Notes under the pieces: generated by a model
Database searches by the model: none
Told to the model about the DNA's origin: nothing
What the model saw: the letters and a program-made list of their open reading frames with translations, nothing else
Virus record (IMG/VR): IMGVR_UViG_3300032242_001655
Location: 32,079-96,078 of that record
Direction: 5' to 3' (one strand)
DNA from: a virus
Length of the DNA stretch: 64,000 nucleotides
Position numbers and translations under genes: made by a program
Part shown: positions 1-8,400 of the stretch, one piece after another
Layout: each line of letters starts with the position of its first letter
Position numbering within the stretch: the stretch's first letter is position 1

Positions 1-1
1 A

Positions 2-406
2 ATGGAAGGCATAACTATAAGTCCTTTGAGCTCGCTTGATTTAAGTGCTCTTAATAATTCTATTACTATTCCACCTAGTTCAAGTTATTCAATTAATACC
101 GGGGCGGGGTTGAACGGTACATGGCTTACAGCCGGTGGATTAAATGGATCGGGCCCAGCATACAGCACTATTACATCTTCTGCTACCCCTGGCCTGTCTC
201 TTGATGTAAATGGTGATGCTAATTTTGAAGGCGATATTAAATGGAAGGGTCGAAGTTTAACTAATATGATAGAAACTATTGAAAAGCGTTTGGCTATCCT
301 GACACCAGATCCTAAAAAATTAGAAAAATACGAAGCACTACAAAAGGCCTACGATCACTATAAACTAATGGAAAAACTTTGTCATGACGACTCCACAGAC
401 AAGTGA
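2..406 (+). CDS. hypothetical phage protein (Ser/Thr/Gly-rich N-terminus, coiled C-terminus)
   Basis: ORF track; may extend beyond the window edge. Confidence 0.6.
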   Translation: MEGITISPLSSLDLSALNNSITIPPSSSYSINTGAGLNGTWLTAGGLNGSGPAYSTITSSATPGLSLDVNGDANFEGDIKWKGRSLTNMIETIEKRLAILTPDPKKLEKYEALQKAYDHYKLMEKLCHDDSTDK

Positions 407-545
407 TCCTAAAGTTGCTCAATTAGAAAGATTAGTAGCACAACTAACACAACAGAACCTTGAACTGCACAAACGTGTAAGTTTATTAGAGCGTGAAAAC
501 AACAGACGTAAAAACGAAATTAACCAAGTAGCAAGATCAAAATGA
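384..545 (+). CDS. small coiled-coil hypothetical protein (53 aa)
   Basis: Read by eye: MTTPQTSDPKVAQLERLV...; stop overlaps the thyX start (ATGA). Confidence 0.6.
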   Translation: MTTPQTSDPKVAQLERLVAQLTQQNLELHKRVSLLERENNRRKNEINQVARSK

Positions 546-1240
546 AAGTTAAATTAATATCATCAAGTAAGCCAAGCCGCCAGTTGGCAACTGAAGGAAT
601 TTATGATGCCCAAGAACTCATTGCTTTCTGCGCCCGTGTCAGCAATCCCTCCAACCAATTTAATGTTGAGACTTCAGAAAAACTTATTAGATATCTCATC
701 AAGCACCAACACTGGAGCCCACTTGAAATGGTCTCTGCGTGCCTTGAGATCACAACTACAAGAGATATTGCCCGACAAATTCTCAGACACAGAAGTTTCT
801 CATTCCAAGAGTTCAGCCAGCGTTACGCTGATCCAACTAAGGATCTCAAATTTGTACTTAGAGACGCCCGTAGACAAGACGACAAGAATAGACAGAACAG
901 TATAGACTTAGATATACAGACTAACGATGCTGATCGATTCCTACAGTATCAATGGGAACGGATGCAGGAAAATGTTATTGAACAGGCTCGAAATGCTTAT
1001 GAGTGGGCGATTAAATCAGGTATTGCTAAAGAACAGGCTCGTGCTGTCCTACCTGAAGGACTTATTGAAAGCAGAATCTATATGAACGGAACACTACGCT
1101 CTTGGATACATTTTATTGAACTGCGTTCAGCAAATGGAACACAAAAAGAGCATCAATTGGTTGCCATAGAATGTGCCAAGGTTATTGCTGAAATATTTCC
1201 AATGGCAGAAGAATATGTCCAATCAAGCCAAGGGGCGTAG
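542..1240 (+). CDS. thyX: flavin-dependent thymidylate synthase
   Basis: HWSPLE, RQILRHRSFSFQEFSQRY and KEQARAVLP motifs. Confidence 0.96.
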   Translation: MKVKLISSSKPSRQLATEGIYDAQELIAFCARVSNPSNQFNVETSEKLIRYLIKHQHWSPLEMVSACLEITTTRDIARQILRHRSFSFQEFSQRYADPTKDLKFVLRDARRQDDKNRQNSIDLDIQTNDADRFLQYQWERMQENVIEQARNAYEWAIKSGIAKEQARAVLPEGLIESRIYMNGTLRSWIHFIELRSANGTQKEHQLVAIECAKVIAEIFPMAEEYVQSSQGA

Positions 1241-1691
1241 TAGTTACGACAGTACAGGTACTGGGATTGTTCATTTCTTTAATAGGAATGTAACATCCTA
1301 TCCAACCGAAGCCGGTGGACCAAAGTTTGATCTAATTCCTGTTGCCAAACAAAAAGACATAATGATCAATCATGCTCGGCTATACGCCCAGCAAGAGTAT
1401 GATCGTATAATGGAATTGGTCAGTGTATTACAAAAACAAGCAGATGAAATAAAACGGCGTCTTGATGTTACTGATATGGTCTATTCCGCTGAATACGAAT
1501 TTCAAGTGGTCATGGGACAAAGTTATTGGTTGGTGTGGAGCAAGCGAAAAGAAAAGATGTTGCTAGTGGGCCTCGGACCCGATGATTGGAATACAGGTGC
1601 TCCGGTTGACTACGAATACATAACGAATGTAAAATATATGGGTGACCATACATGGTTAGAAATAAACAAAAAGGATCAAAATGTTACTTAA
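1215..1691 (+). CDS. DUF2452-like hypothetical protein
   Basis: YPTEAGGPKF...coiled coil...GPDDW...DHTW pattern; start chosen at MSNQ. Confidence 0.6.
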   Translation: MSNQAKGRSSYDSTGTGIVHFFNRNVTSYPTEAGGPKFDLIPVAKQKDIMINHARLYAQQEYDRIMELVSVLQKQADEIKRRLDVTDMVYSAEYEFQVVMGQSYWLVWSKRKEKMLLVGLGPDDWNTGAPVDYEYITNVKYMGDHTWLEINKKDQNVT

Positions 1692-1968
1692 AAAACCAAT
1701 TACACAAGGTACTGTTGTAAGCATTAAAATTATCAACGGTGACGAAATTATTGCTCGGTACGAAAGTGAAGACGCAGATACGGTTACAATCAATAAACCA
1801 TTGGCATTGACCATGGGCCAAGGAGGACTTGGGATGATTCCTTGGGTATTCTTAGGTGATGCTGATACTATTACCCTACAAAAACAGCACGTATTCTTTG
1901 TTATTCAAAGCAAAAAAGATGCCGCTGATCAATATATGCAGGGTACTACAGGTATTGCTCTAGTGTAA
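1681..1968 (+). CDS. Sm-like fold phage protein
   Basis: VVSIKIINGDEIIARY...PW pattern typical of T4-like phage Sm-like proteins. Confidence 0.55.
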   Translation: MLLKKPITQGTVVSIKIINGDEIIARYESEDADTVTINKPLALTMGQGGLGMIPWVFLGDADTITLQKQHVFFVIQSKKDAADQYMQGTTGIALV

Positions 1969-1989
1969 ATACTAGTTTAGGAGAACAGT

Positions 1990-3012
1990 ATGCCTGCTGT
2001 GTCTAGGATAGGAGATTCAGTAACAACCAACCACGGGTGTGATGTGTCAACTACAATGGCTGAAGGATCGGGTAATGTATTTGCTAATGGCATAGGTGTT
2101 GTGCGTCAAGGCGATAATGATACTGTTCATGCTTACGGTGGTCGTAATTGTTCTGCTAGACATCAGGTTCCGCTAAGTGCAGGTGCACCTACTGTGTTTG
2201 TAAATGGTAGAGCTCTAGGCAGAATAGGCGATGGTGGTGAGACTCTAGCCTCAGGTAGTCCAAACGTATTTGCTGGTAATGGTAGTGGCGGTGGCTCTCA
2301 CGTAGCACCTATTTCTCCTATCCCTATGGTCAAATTTGGAGATCCAAACTTTGTTGCTAACACTCGACAATTAACTTCAAATTATGTAAGTAATCCTAAT
2401 TCGTATTATAATCCTTCTGCGGCCGCAGACGGTGTAAAGGCTGATTATTCAGGAACTGCTGACGATGCTAGCACCGATCCCGGAATTGTAACCCCGGGAC
2501 AATATAGCGATATTATTTCTTTCTTACAACAAAAATTAAGTGAAGCCGCACAGGGAAAATGGCGAGAAAGTGGACAAGGTGGACATGCAAGTAATCCTAA
2601 TATTATAGGAATTTGGAGTGATTTAGGATTTCCAGGAGCAAATTCTAGTCCGTGGAATACTGACCAAACAGCATGGTGTATGGGGTTTGTTAACTACGCA
2701 TTAAAGGCATCTGGATACAAATGGGTACCTACTGCTAGTGCGCAGGCTATTACACAAAATCCAGGACGTTGGAATGCTACACAAATACCTAAAGAACAAG
2801 CACAACCTGGGGATATTGCATTTTGGAGTTATAGACACGTAAACTTTGTCTATGAGAAAAAAGGTGCTGGTTTTACCTTTGTCGGGGGTAATCAAACTCC
2901 AAAAGGTGGAAGCAACAATCCAGATGACGGGGATATAACAATCAGTTATCCTGGCGGTACATCTTCTAGTAATGCAAATTGGGTAAGTTGTTGGCGGCCA
3001 AACAAAGGTTAA
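1990..3012 (+). CDS. PAAR-repeat spike-tip protein fused to a CHAP/NlpC-P60-type (TIGR02594-like) peptidoglycan amidase
   Basis: PAVSRIGD, VVRQGD, LGRIGD and GSPNVFAG repeats; C-terminal TAWCMGFV...HVNFV...GGNQ; RBS AGGAG. Confidence 0.85.
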   Translation: MPAVSRIGDSVTTNHGCDVSTTMAEGSGNVFANGIGVVRQGDNDTVHAYGGRNCSARHQVPLSAGAPTVFVNGRALGRIGDGGETLASGSPNVFAGNGSGGGSHVAPISPIPMVKFGDPNFVANTRQLTSNYVSNPNSYYNPSAAADGVKADYSGTADDASTDPGIVTPGQYSDIISFLQQKLSEAAQGKWRESGQGGHASNPNIIGIWSDLGFPGANSSPWNTDQTAWCMGFVNYALKASGYKWVPTASAQAITQNPGRWNATQIPKEQAQPGDIAFWSYRHVNFVYEKKGAGFTFVGGNQTPKGGSNNPDDGDITISYPGGTSSSNANWVSCWRPNKG

Positions 3013-3073
3013 ATAAATTGTCTGTTAAGCATCTTGGCATAGCCATGTTAGCAGTAATTGGGCGATGATTCTC

Positions 3074-3102
3074 TTGACAGATTCGTCAACGGTTAGTAAA
3101 AT
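3074..3102 (+). promoter_or_regulatory. sigma70-type promoter of the tmRNA
   Basis: TTGACA-N17-TAAAAT. Confidence 0.8.
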
Positions 3103-3108
3103 GTAAGT

Positions 3109-3360
3109 TATTGCTGTATGAAGCAAAGAGAAAAGTGTTCTGGACGCGAGTTCGAATCTCGCCATCTCCACCTAAATGTATTAAGGTATATTTAGGTGGG
3201 GATGAAAATGGTTTCGACAGGGCAACAAGTAATGGCGTGGACAGCAGAGTAGGCGATGACTCTAAATCAAGCAAAAAACGTAAATGCAAACGACGAACAG
3301 TTCGCTTTAGCCGCCTAAACTCGGCTTAGGGTAGGAAATACCTCGTAACAGAAATAACCA
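3109..3360 (+). ncRNA. ssrA: circularly permuted (two-piece) tmRNA, tag ANDEQFALAA
   Basis: T-arm plus CATCTCC-A-CC (3143-3172) lies upstream of the 5' end GGGGATG...TTTCGAC (3198); G3.U70 pair; tag ORF 3286-3318; outer ends approximate. Confidence 0.93.
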
Positions 3361-3380
3361 GGGGCTACGGCCCCTTTCTT
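3361..3380 (+). terminator. intrinsic terminator after the tmRNA
   Basis: GGGGC-tacg-GCCCC followed by TTTCTT. Confidence 0.75.
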
Positions 3381-3406
3381 ATCAGTTTTAAAAAGGATGA
3401 TTAAAA

Positions 3407-4324
3407 ATGGCAACAACAGTAACAATTGGGCAGACCCCAATTAACGCAACATATTCCCTAGTAGGGGGTGCAACAAATGGTGCAGGCGCTCAGGCAAAAT
3501 TCACTGTACAAAAAACAAATGGTGTATATGTAACCACCCTCGATTCAACTAATGGCGGTACAGGATATGCTCTTGGTGATACAGTTACCATTCCGGGCAC
3601 AAGCCTTGGTGGAACAGCCCCAGCCAATAACGATGTTATTATCGTTACTGGACTTGGTACAAATGGCGCAATTAAAACATTCGCCACAGCAGGTGTAGGT
3701 GCAATTGGTAATGGAACTATTAATACAGTTATTAATGTTACTCCAGATGTAGTTGCTCCAATTAACACATATGTTATGGGCGACAAAAGCGCCAACTTTA
3801 CAGTAGTTAACGATACAGCAAACAATGTTATCAGAGAAACCAGTGCTTTAAATTCTACTGTGAGTTTTAACCTAAATAACTACCAGCGTGTGGTATATAC
3901 AGATAAAGCAACCGCTTTTGATATTTCTGGTAAAGCAGGCGATGTTTATTCATTGCTTAAAGCAAGTTTTGGCGGAACGGTTAATACTACATACGAAGGT
4001 ATCGGTATTAAATTGGAAGATGCTGGCACAACCAGCGCACAAGTTGCTCAAGCAATTGTAACTAGTGCTCCATTCTTAACAGCAAATCCAGATATTCCTA
4101 CTTTTGTGAACAATCTGTATACCAATGTTATGGGAGTGGCTCCAACTCCAACTCAGGCAAGTCCGTATATTACTTCCTTAGTAACAGGTGGAACAACAAT
4201 GGGGGCTTTACTAAATGCGGCCGCTCATCTTACCACATATCAACAAACAATTGGTTTGGTAGGTGTTGCTCCAGCAACAACAGGCGTATTAGCCGGTTCA
4301 GGAATTGACTACATTCCAGCCTAA
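3407..4324 (+). CDS. Thr/Gly-rich surface or S-layer-like protein with a C-terminal DUF4214-like domain
   Basis: AFDISGKAGDVYSLLKASFG...FVNNLYTNVMGVAP pattern; RBS AAGGA. Confidence 0.65.
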   Translation: MATTVTIGQTPINATYSLVGGATNGAGAQAKFTVQKTNGVYVTTLDSTNGGTGYALGDTVTIPGTSLGGTAPANNDVIIVTGLGTNGAIKTFATAGVGAIGNGTINTVINVTPDVVAPINTYVMGDKSANFTVVNDTANNVIRETSALNSTVSFNLNNYQRVVYTDKATAFDISGKAGDVYSLLKASFGGTVNTTYEGIGIKLEDAGTTSAQVAQAIVTSAPFLTANPDIPTFVNNLYTNVMGVAPTPTQASPYITSLVTGGTTMGALLNAAAHLTTYQQTIGLVGVAPATTGVLAGSGIDYIPA

Positions 4325-4346
4325 GTAAATTGGCTAAAATAGTGGT

Positions 4347-4384
4347 AAAACCGGCTTGACAGGCCGGTTTTTTTATTGTATAAT
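4347..4384 (+). promoter_or_regulatory. terminator hairpin overlapping a consensus sigma70 promoter
   Basis: AAAACCGGC-ttgacag-GCCGGTTTT with T tract; TTGACA(4356)-N17-TATAAT(4379). Confidence 0.75.
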
Positions 4385-4419
4385 ATATGTACACACTAAC
4401 TTTTATATAGGAGCCATAA

Positions 4420-4845
4420 ATGGATATCGCTTACAGCATTAGAAGCAAGGGTACACTAGCACTTGTTGAGTCAGTAATTTCGTTTTTTGAACAAGATCTA
4501 AAACTTACAAAATCAAAATGGAGTTTGGACGTTTATACAAGACGCGGTTTGGCAGATAGTGATGGATGTCGTGGTAGCGTTACACGGGTAGGTCCAAAAC
4601 ATCTTATTATGATGTTAGACAGCAAGTTAGATGTAGAGCGCCTGGTGCTAACAATAGCACACGAAATGGTACATGTTAAGCAATTTGCTCGCGGACAGAT
4701 TAAAGATATTCCAGGACGCACACAGGTTCGTTATTGGATGGGCAAAAAAGTTCGTAAATCCTATTATGAACAGCCCTGGGAATTAGAAGCGTTCTCCAAA
4801 GAGCGGATCTTAGCCAACAAGATTTTTAAGATTATCAATGTTTAA
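4420..4845 (+). CDS. zincin-like metallopeptidase domain protein
   Basis: HEMVHVKQ (HExxH) and downstream PWELEA. Confidence 0.7.
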   Translation: MDIAYSIRSKGTLALVESVISFFEQDLKLTKSKWSLDVYTRRGLADSDGCRGSVTRVGPKHLIMMLDSKLDVERLVLTIAHEMVHVKQFARGQIKDIPGRTQVRYWMGKKVRKSYYEQPWELEAFSKERILANKIFKIINV

Positions 4846-4858
4846 TCGGAGTTGAAGA

Positions 4859-4975
4859 ATGAACGAATTTAGTTGGGGACCAATCATTAGCACAGCCCTT
4901 GCTATTGCGGGTATGTTGTTTGCATTAGTGATGGGTTATCTGATTGGCTATAATGATGCTAAGGAGGGCAAATGA
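4859..4975 (+). CDS. small membrane protein (38 aa)
   Basis: Read by eye; GGAG RBS; one hydrophobic helix; ATGA overlap with the next gene. Confidence 0.5.
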   Translation: MNEFSWGPIISTALAIAGMLFALVMGYLIGYNDAKEGK

Positions 4976-5196
4976 ACGAACGAATTAGAGAACTTGCTGA
5001 ACAGGCTGGATCTACACACAAACAGAATCTTGGCGTATATCAATTCTACACAGAAGAATTGGAAAAGTTCGCCGAGTTGATTGTTCGGGAATGTTGTAAC
5101 ATTGTCGTGAATTGCGGTATTCCTGGAAGCAACACAGAAAGAGATTTTGTTGTTGCCTCTAGAGAAATTCGACATTATTTTGGAGTTGAAGAATGA
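4972..5196 (+). CDS. hypothetical phage protein (MNERIRELAEQAG...FAELIVREC...FGVEE type)
   Basis: ORF with AGGAGG RBS. Confidence 0.7.
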   Translation: MNERIRELAEQAGSTHKQNLGVYQFYTEELEKFAELIVRECCNIVVNCGIPGSNTERDFVVASREIRHYFGVEE

Positions 5197-5220
5197 AAGA
5201 GCCTTAGGGCTCTTTTTTTG
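5196..5220 (+). terminator. intrinsic terminator
   Basis: AAAGAGCC-ttag-GGCTCTTT with T tract. Confidence 0.75.
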
Positions 5221-5223
5221 TGG

Positions 5224-5280
5224 TGTTGATTTTCCAACACCAAGACCGTCGATTTTCCAACAGGTGTTGGAAAAATAACA
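5224..5280. repeat. three tandem TGTTG-N6-CAACA-type palindromes (operator-like)
   Basis: TGTTGATTTTCCAACA, CGTCGATTTTCCAACA, TGTTGGAAAAATAACA. Confidence 0.6.
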
Positions 5281-5348
5281 CTATAGTTTTATTTTTTGAT
5301 TTTATCATGTAAATACTTAGGCAAGAAACTATTCTAAGGAGCGACCGG

Positions 5349-5486
5349 ATGATTAAAAAAATTATTGAAAAAATAATATCAACGATGCTACCTCTATCCA
5401 GTTTATTACAGATGATAGAAGAAATTAAATTAGAATTAGCACAGTTAAAAAAAGATATTCATGCAACAAAATCTAAAAAGAATTGA
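5349..5486 (+). CDS. small hypothetical protein (45 aa)
   Basis: AAGGAG RBS; upstream TAAATA. Confidence 0.45.
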   Translation: MIKKIIEKIISTMLPLSSLLQMIEEIKLELAQLKKDIHATKSKKN

Positions 5487-5555
5487 TGGCTTTACAAAAA
5501 GAAACAATTTAACAGTTCTGTAATCTTTGCGTCCATATGCTAAAATAAATATGGT

Positions 5556-6353
5556 ATGAAACCAAAAACTTACCGCTCTATTTTTGTGAGTGATGTACAT
5601 CTGGGTACAAAGGACTGTAAGGCAGAGGCTCTTAACAATTTCCTTAAACACAATAGTTGCGAAACGCTGTATCTTGTAGGGGATATAATAGATGCGTGGA
5701 AAATTCAACAAAATAAACTTAGGTGGAAGCAGAGCCACACTAATGTGGTTAGGCGGGTTCTTGGTCATGCTAAACGTGGTACTAGGGTTGTTTACGTGGC
5801 TGGCAATCACGATGAATTCCTGCGTCCGATGATACCGTATGGTGTGTCATTCGGACAAGTTGAAATCTGTAATCAAATAGAACACATAGGTGCTGACGGC
5901 AAGCACTATCTTGTAACACACGGAGATTTATTTGACGGTATCACTCGATTGGCTCCGTGGCTAAGTTTTTTAGGAGACAAAGCATATGATTTTATCCTTG
6001 GAGTCAATAGTAGGTTTAATTGGATCCGTCATCGTCTTGGTTTTGGCTACTGGAGCCTTAGCAAGTATCTTAAACACAGAGTCAAAAAAGCAATAGATTT
6101 CATGTTCAAGTTTGAAAGAACTATAACAGACTATTGTAAGAAACGAGGATTCGACGGAGTAATCTGCGGACACATCCACCACGCTGAGATTAAATATATA
6201 GATAATATTGTGTATATGAATGACGGCGATTGGGTTGAGTCTATGACGGCTCTTGTAGAGCATCACGACGGTCGCTGGGAAATAGTAACATGGACTCAAG
6301 AAAGTGACCAAAACAATTCTGATAATAACGGACAACCTGCCGGAGCAAATTAA
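5556..6353 (+). CDS. plcP: PlcP-type phospholipase C (metallophosphoesterase, LpxH/YbbF-like family)
   Basis: SDVHLG, LVGDIID, GNHDE, HGDLFD, GHIHH and GDWVES motifs; adjacent to a GT4 gene as in plcP-agt loci. Confidence 0.75.
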   Translation: MKPKTYRSIFVSDVHLGTKDCKAEALNNFLKHNSCETLYLVGDIIDAWKIQQNKLRWKQSHTNVVRRVLGHAKRGTRVVYVAGNHDEFLRPMIPYGVSFGQVEICNQIEHIGADGKHYLVTHGDLFDGITRLAPWLSFLGDKAYDFILGVNSRFNWIRHRLGFGYWSLSKYLKHRVKKAIDFMFKFERTITDYCKKRGFDGVICGHIHHAEIKYIDNIVYMNDGDWVESMTALVEHHDGRWEIVTWTQESDQNNSDNNGQPAGAN

Positions 6354-7302
6354 TGGCGTTGTCACAACTTACAAAAACATTGAGAAATGTGCGCTTCTGG
6401 ACGATTATAATGTTGTGGTGCTTCATCCCGGGTGGTTCCGCTACATTAATTGTCCTGGCTACAACGAAGTCAAGATTGCCTATCCCAGGAACTTGGGCAA
6501 GAAGATTAAGGAGATCAATCCGGATTATATCCACATCGCCACAGAAGGTCCTCTTGGTCTGTGGGCTCGAAAATATCTTTCATTGGCTGGTATTAGGCAC
6601 AATACCGCTTATCACACTAAGTTTCCTGAAGGGCTGAAAAAACTATTTGGCATACCAGAATCATGGACTTGGCGCTTTGTTCGTTGGTTCCATAAACACT
6701 CAGGTAAAGTTTTAACTACAACAGACTCAATGGTACGAGAATTACAAGCACACGGATTTGACGGAGAAGTTATTCCTTGGACACGAGGTGTTGACCGTGA
6801 GATATTTTCTCCCGATTTAAGGCAAGATGTTCCTGCCAAATACCTTCTGTGTGTAAGCCGTGTTAGTAAAGAAAAGAATTTAGAAAAGTTTCTTGAAATG
6901 GACTACCCCGGATATCTTAAAATAATGGTAGGTGATGGTCCTATGTTAGAAAAGTATAAAAAACAATATCCGGATGTATACTTTGCTGGATTTAAAACTG
7001 GGCTATCATTGGCTCGATACTATGCTAACGCAGAAGTATTTGTATTTCCATCACAATGGGAAACATTTGGCATTGTGATGGCAGAAGCCATGGCCTGCGG
7101 CACTCCAGTTGCCGCATACCCTGTACAAGGACCGGAGGATGTTATTGATGAATGCAAGACAGGTTGTATGCGTGATAACTTAAAGGACGCTGTAGATGCT
7201 TGCCTAAAATTAGATAGAACTGAAGTTGAACGGTACAGCCATCGATGGTCGTGGGAACAAGCATGGGAAATTTTTAGGGACAACTTAGTGAGCGCAAAAT
7301 GA
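6304..7302 (+). CDS. agt: GT4 glycosyltransferase, Agt-like glycolipid synthase
   Basis: QINGVV, IHIATEGPLG, YHTKFPE, RWFH, SRVSKEKN and ETFGIVMAEAMACGTPV. Confidence 0.75.
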   Translation: MTKTILIITDNLPEQINGVVTTYKNIEKCALLDDYNVVVLHPGWFRYINCPGYNEVKIAYPRNLGKKIKEINPDYIHIATEGPLGLWARKYLSLAGIRHNTAYHTKFPEGLKKLFGIPESWTWRFVRWFHKHSGKVLTTTDSMVRELQAHGFDGEVIPWTRGVDREIFSPDLRQDVPAKYLLCVSRVSKEKNLEKFLEMDYPGYLKIMVGDGPMLEKYKKQYPDVYFAGFKTGLSLARYYANAEVFVFPSQWETFGIVMAEAMACGTPVAAYPVQGPEDVIDECKTGCMRDNLKDAVDACLKLDRTEVERYSHRWSWEQAWEIFRDNLVSAK

Positions 7303-8192
7303 ATAAGAAGATATGGATATTACATCATGCCACAAATATAAATGGCTATGAAAACACACACCTAAAACAAACACTACTCGATTCGGGATTTGATGTTCAA
7401 GTCCTTGAACCTAAATACTTTGATATTATTGTGAGTCGTAGTAATACACGAAGCATTAGATATAAAGGCGAGCGTATTGACATGCCTAACCTTGTTTTAA
7501 GTAGAACAGGATCGGGCACTAACTACTTTACACTCGCTCTAATGCGTCAAATTGAAAAGTTTAACATACCTGTGATCAATGACGCAGACAGCATATCAAT
7601 TGTTAGTGATAAGTTGATGACCAGTCAGGTACTGACCCGAGAAGGTTTACCTATCCCCAAGACTATATTGGTCAACGGAGATGTTGATACAGATTTAGTC
7701 GAACGTGAAATAGGATTTCCCTGTGTTGTAAAAGCCACATCGGGTAGTAAAGGTAAGACTGTACACTTATGTAAAAGTAAAAAAGAATTTCAGACACTAA
7801 TGGATCTGCTGACTTCTATTGCTCTTAAGAAAGTTTTAATCATACAAGAGTTTATTGATGCGGCGCCGGGCACAGATCTACGTGTGTGGGTCATAGGTGG
7901 CAAAACTGTAGCCGCAATGAAACGTACAGGGCCAGATGGAGACTTCCGTGCTAATATTAGTCAAGGTGGAACAGCGACACAGTTTGAAATTACTGAAGAA
8001 GTAGATTACGTTGCTCGTGAAACTGCTCGTGCTCTTGGCCTACAGATTGCGGGTATAGATTTACTATTTGGCAAAGATGGAGTATTAGTCTGCGAAGCCA
8101 ATTCCAGTCCAGGATTTGAAGGAATGGATAAATTCTGTGGTGCTGATATGAGCCAAAAGATAGCAGAGTATATCAAATTCAAATTAGGGTAA
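7299..8192 (+). CDS. rimK: RimK-family ATP-grasp alpha-L-glutamate ligase
   Basis: DK..T...L, GSKGKTV, IIQEFI, DLRVWVIGG, DFRANISQGG and CEANSSPGFEG. Confidence 0.85.
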   Translation: MNKKIWILHHATNINGYENTHLKQTLLDSGFDVQVLEPKYFDIIVSRSNTRSIRYKGERIDMPNLVLSRTGSGTNYFTLALMRQIEKFNIPVINDADSISIVSDKLMTSQVLTREGLPIPKTILVNGDVDTDLVEREIGFPCVVKATSGSKGKTVHLCKSKKEFQTLMDLLTSIALKKVLIIQEFIDAAPGTDLRVWVIGGKTVAAMKRTGPDGDFRANISQGGTATQFEITEEVDYVARETARALGLQIAGIDLLFGKDGVLVCEANSSPGFEGMDKFCGADMSQKIAEYIKFKLG

Positions 8193-8248
8193 TCTACCTG
8201 TAATCTACAAAAATATAAATAAATGTACCAACTTAATAGGAGTTTCAT

Positions 8249-8305
8249 ATGAACTTATTAGCAGTATACGGACCCGGAGACGACTCCGAGGACGACGAAG
8301 AGTAA
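8249..8305 (+). CDS. 18-aa acidic mini-peptide MNLLAVYGPGDDSEDDEE
   Basis: AGGAG RBS 6 nt upstream; TATAAATA at 8214-8221; not in the ORF track. Confidence 0.55.
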   Translation: MNLLAVYGPGDDSEDDEE

Positions 8306-8350
8306 ACCGGCCACACCGATAGAGTGGATGCTGGAACTCGTAACCAGCAG

Positions 8351-8371
8351 TAGGGCTTAGGCCCTATTTTT
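8351..8371 (+). terminator. intrinsic terminator
   Basis: TAGGGC-ttag-GCCCTA-TTTTT. Confidence 0.75.
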
Positions 8372-8400
8372 ACGACTAAATATTATAAAGTAGGTACATA

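Noticed and set aside
3086-3329. ORFs 3111..3329(+) and 3086..3289(-)
   Set aside because: They overlap the tmRNA and are shadow frames of a structured RNA.
5221-5283. CRISPR array
   Set aside because: The repeats are 12-16 bp with no spacer-length unique sequences, and there are no cas genes. No CRISPR array was seen anywhere in the window.
5556-6353. LpxH (lipid A biosynthesis) annotation
   Set aside because: The sequence pattern and the adjacent Agt-like GT4 fit PlcP better, and no other lpx genes are present.
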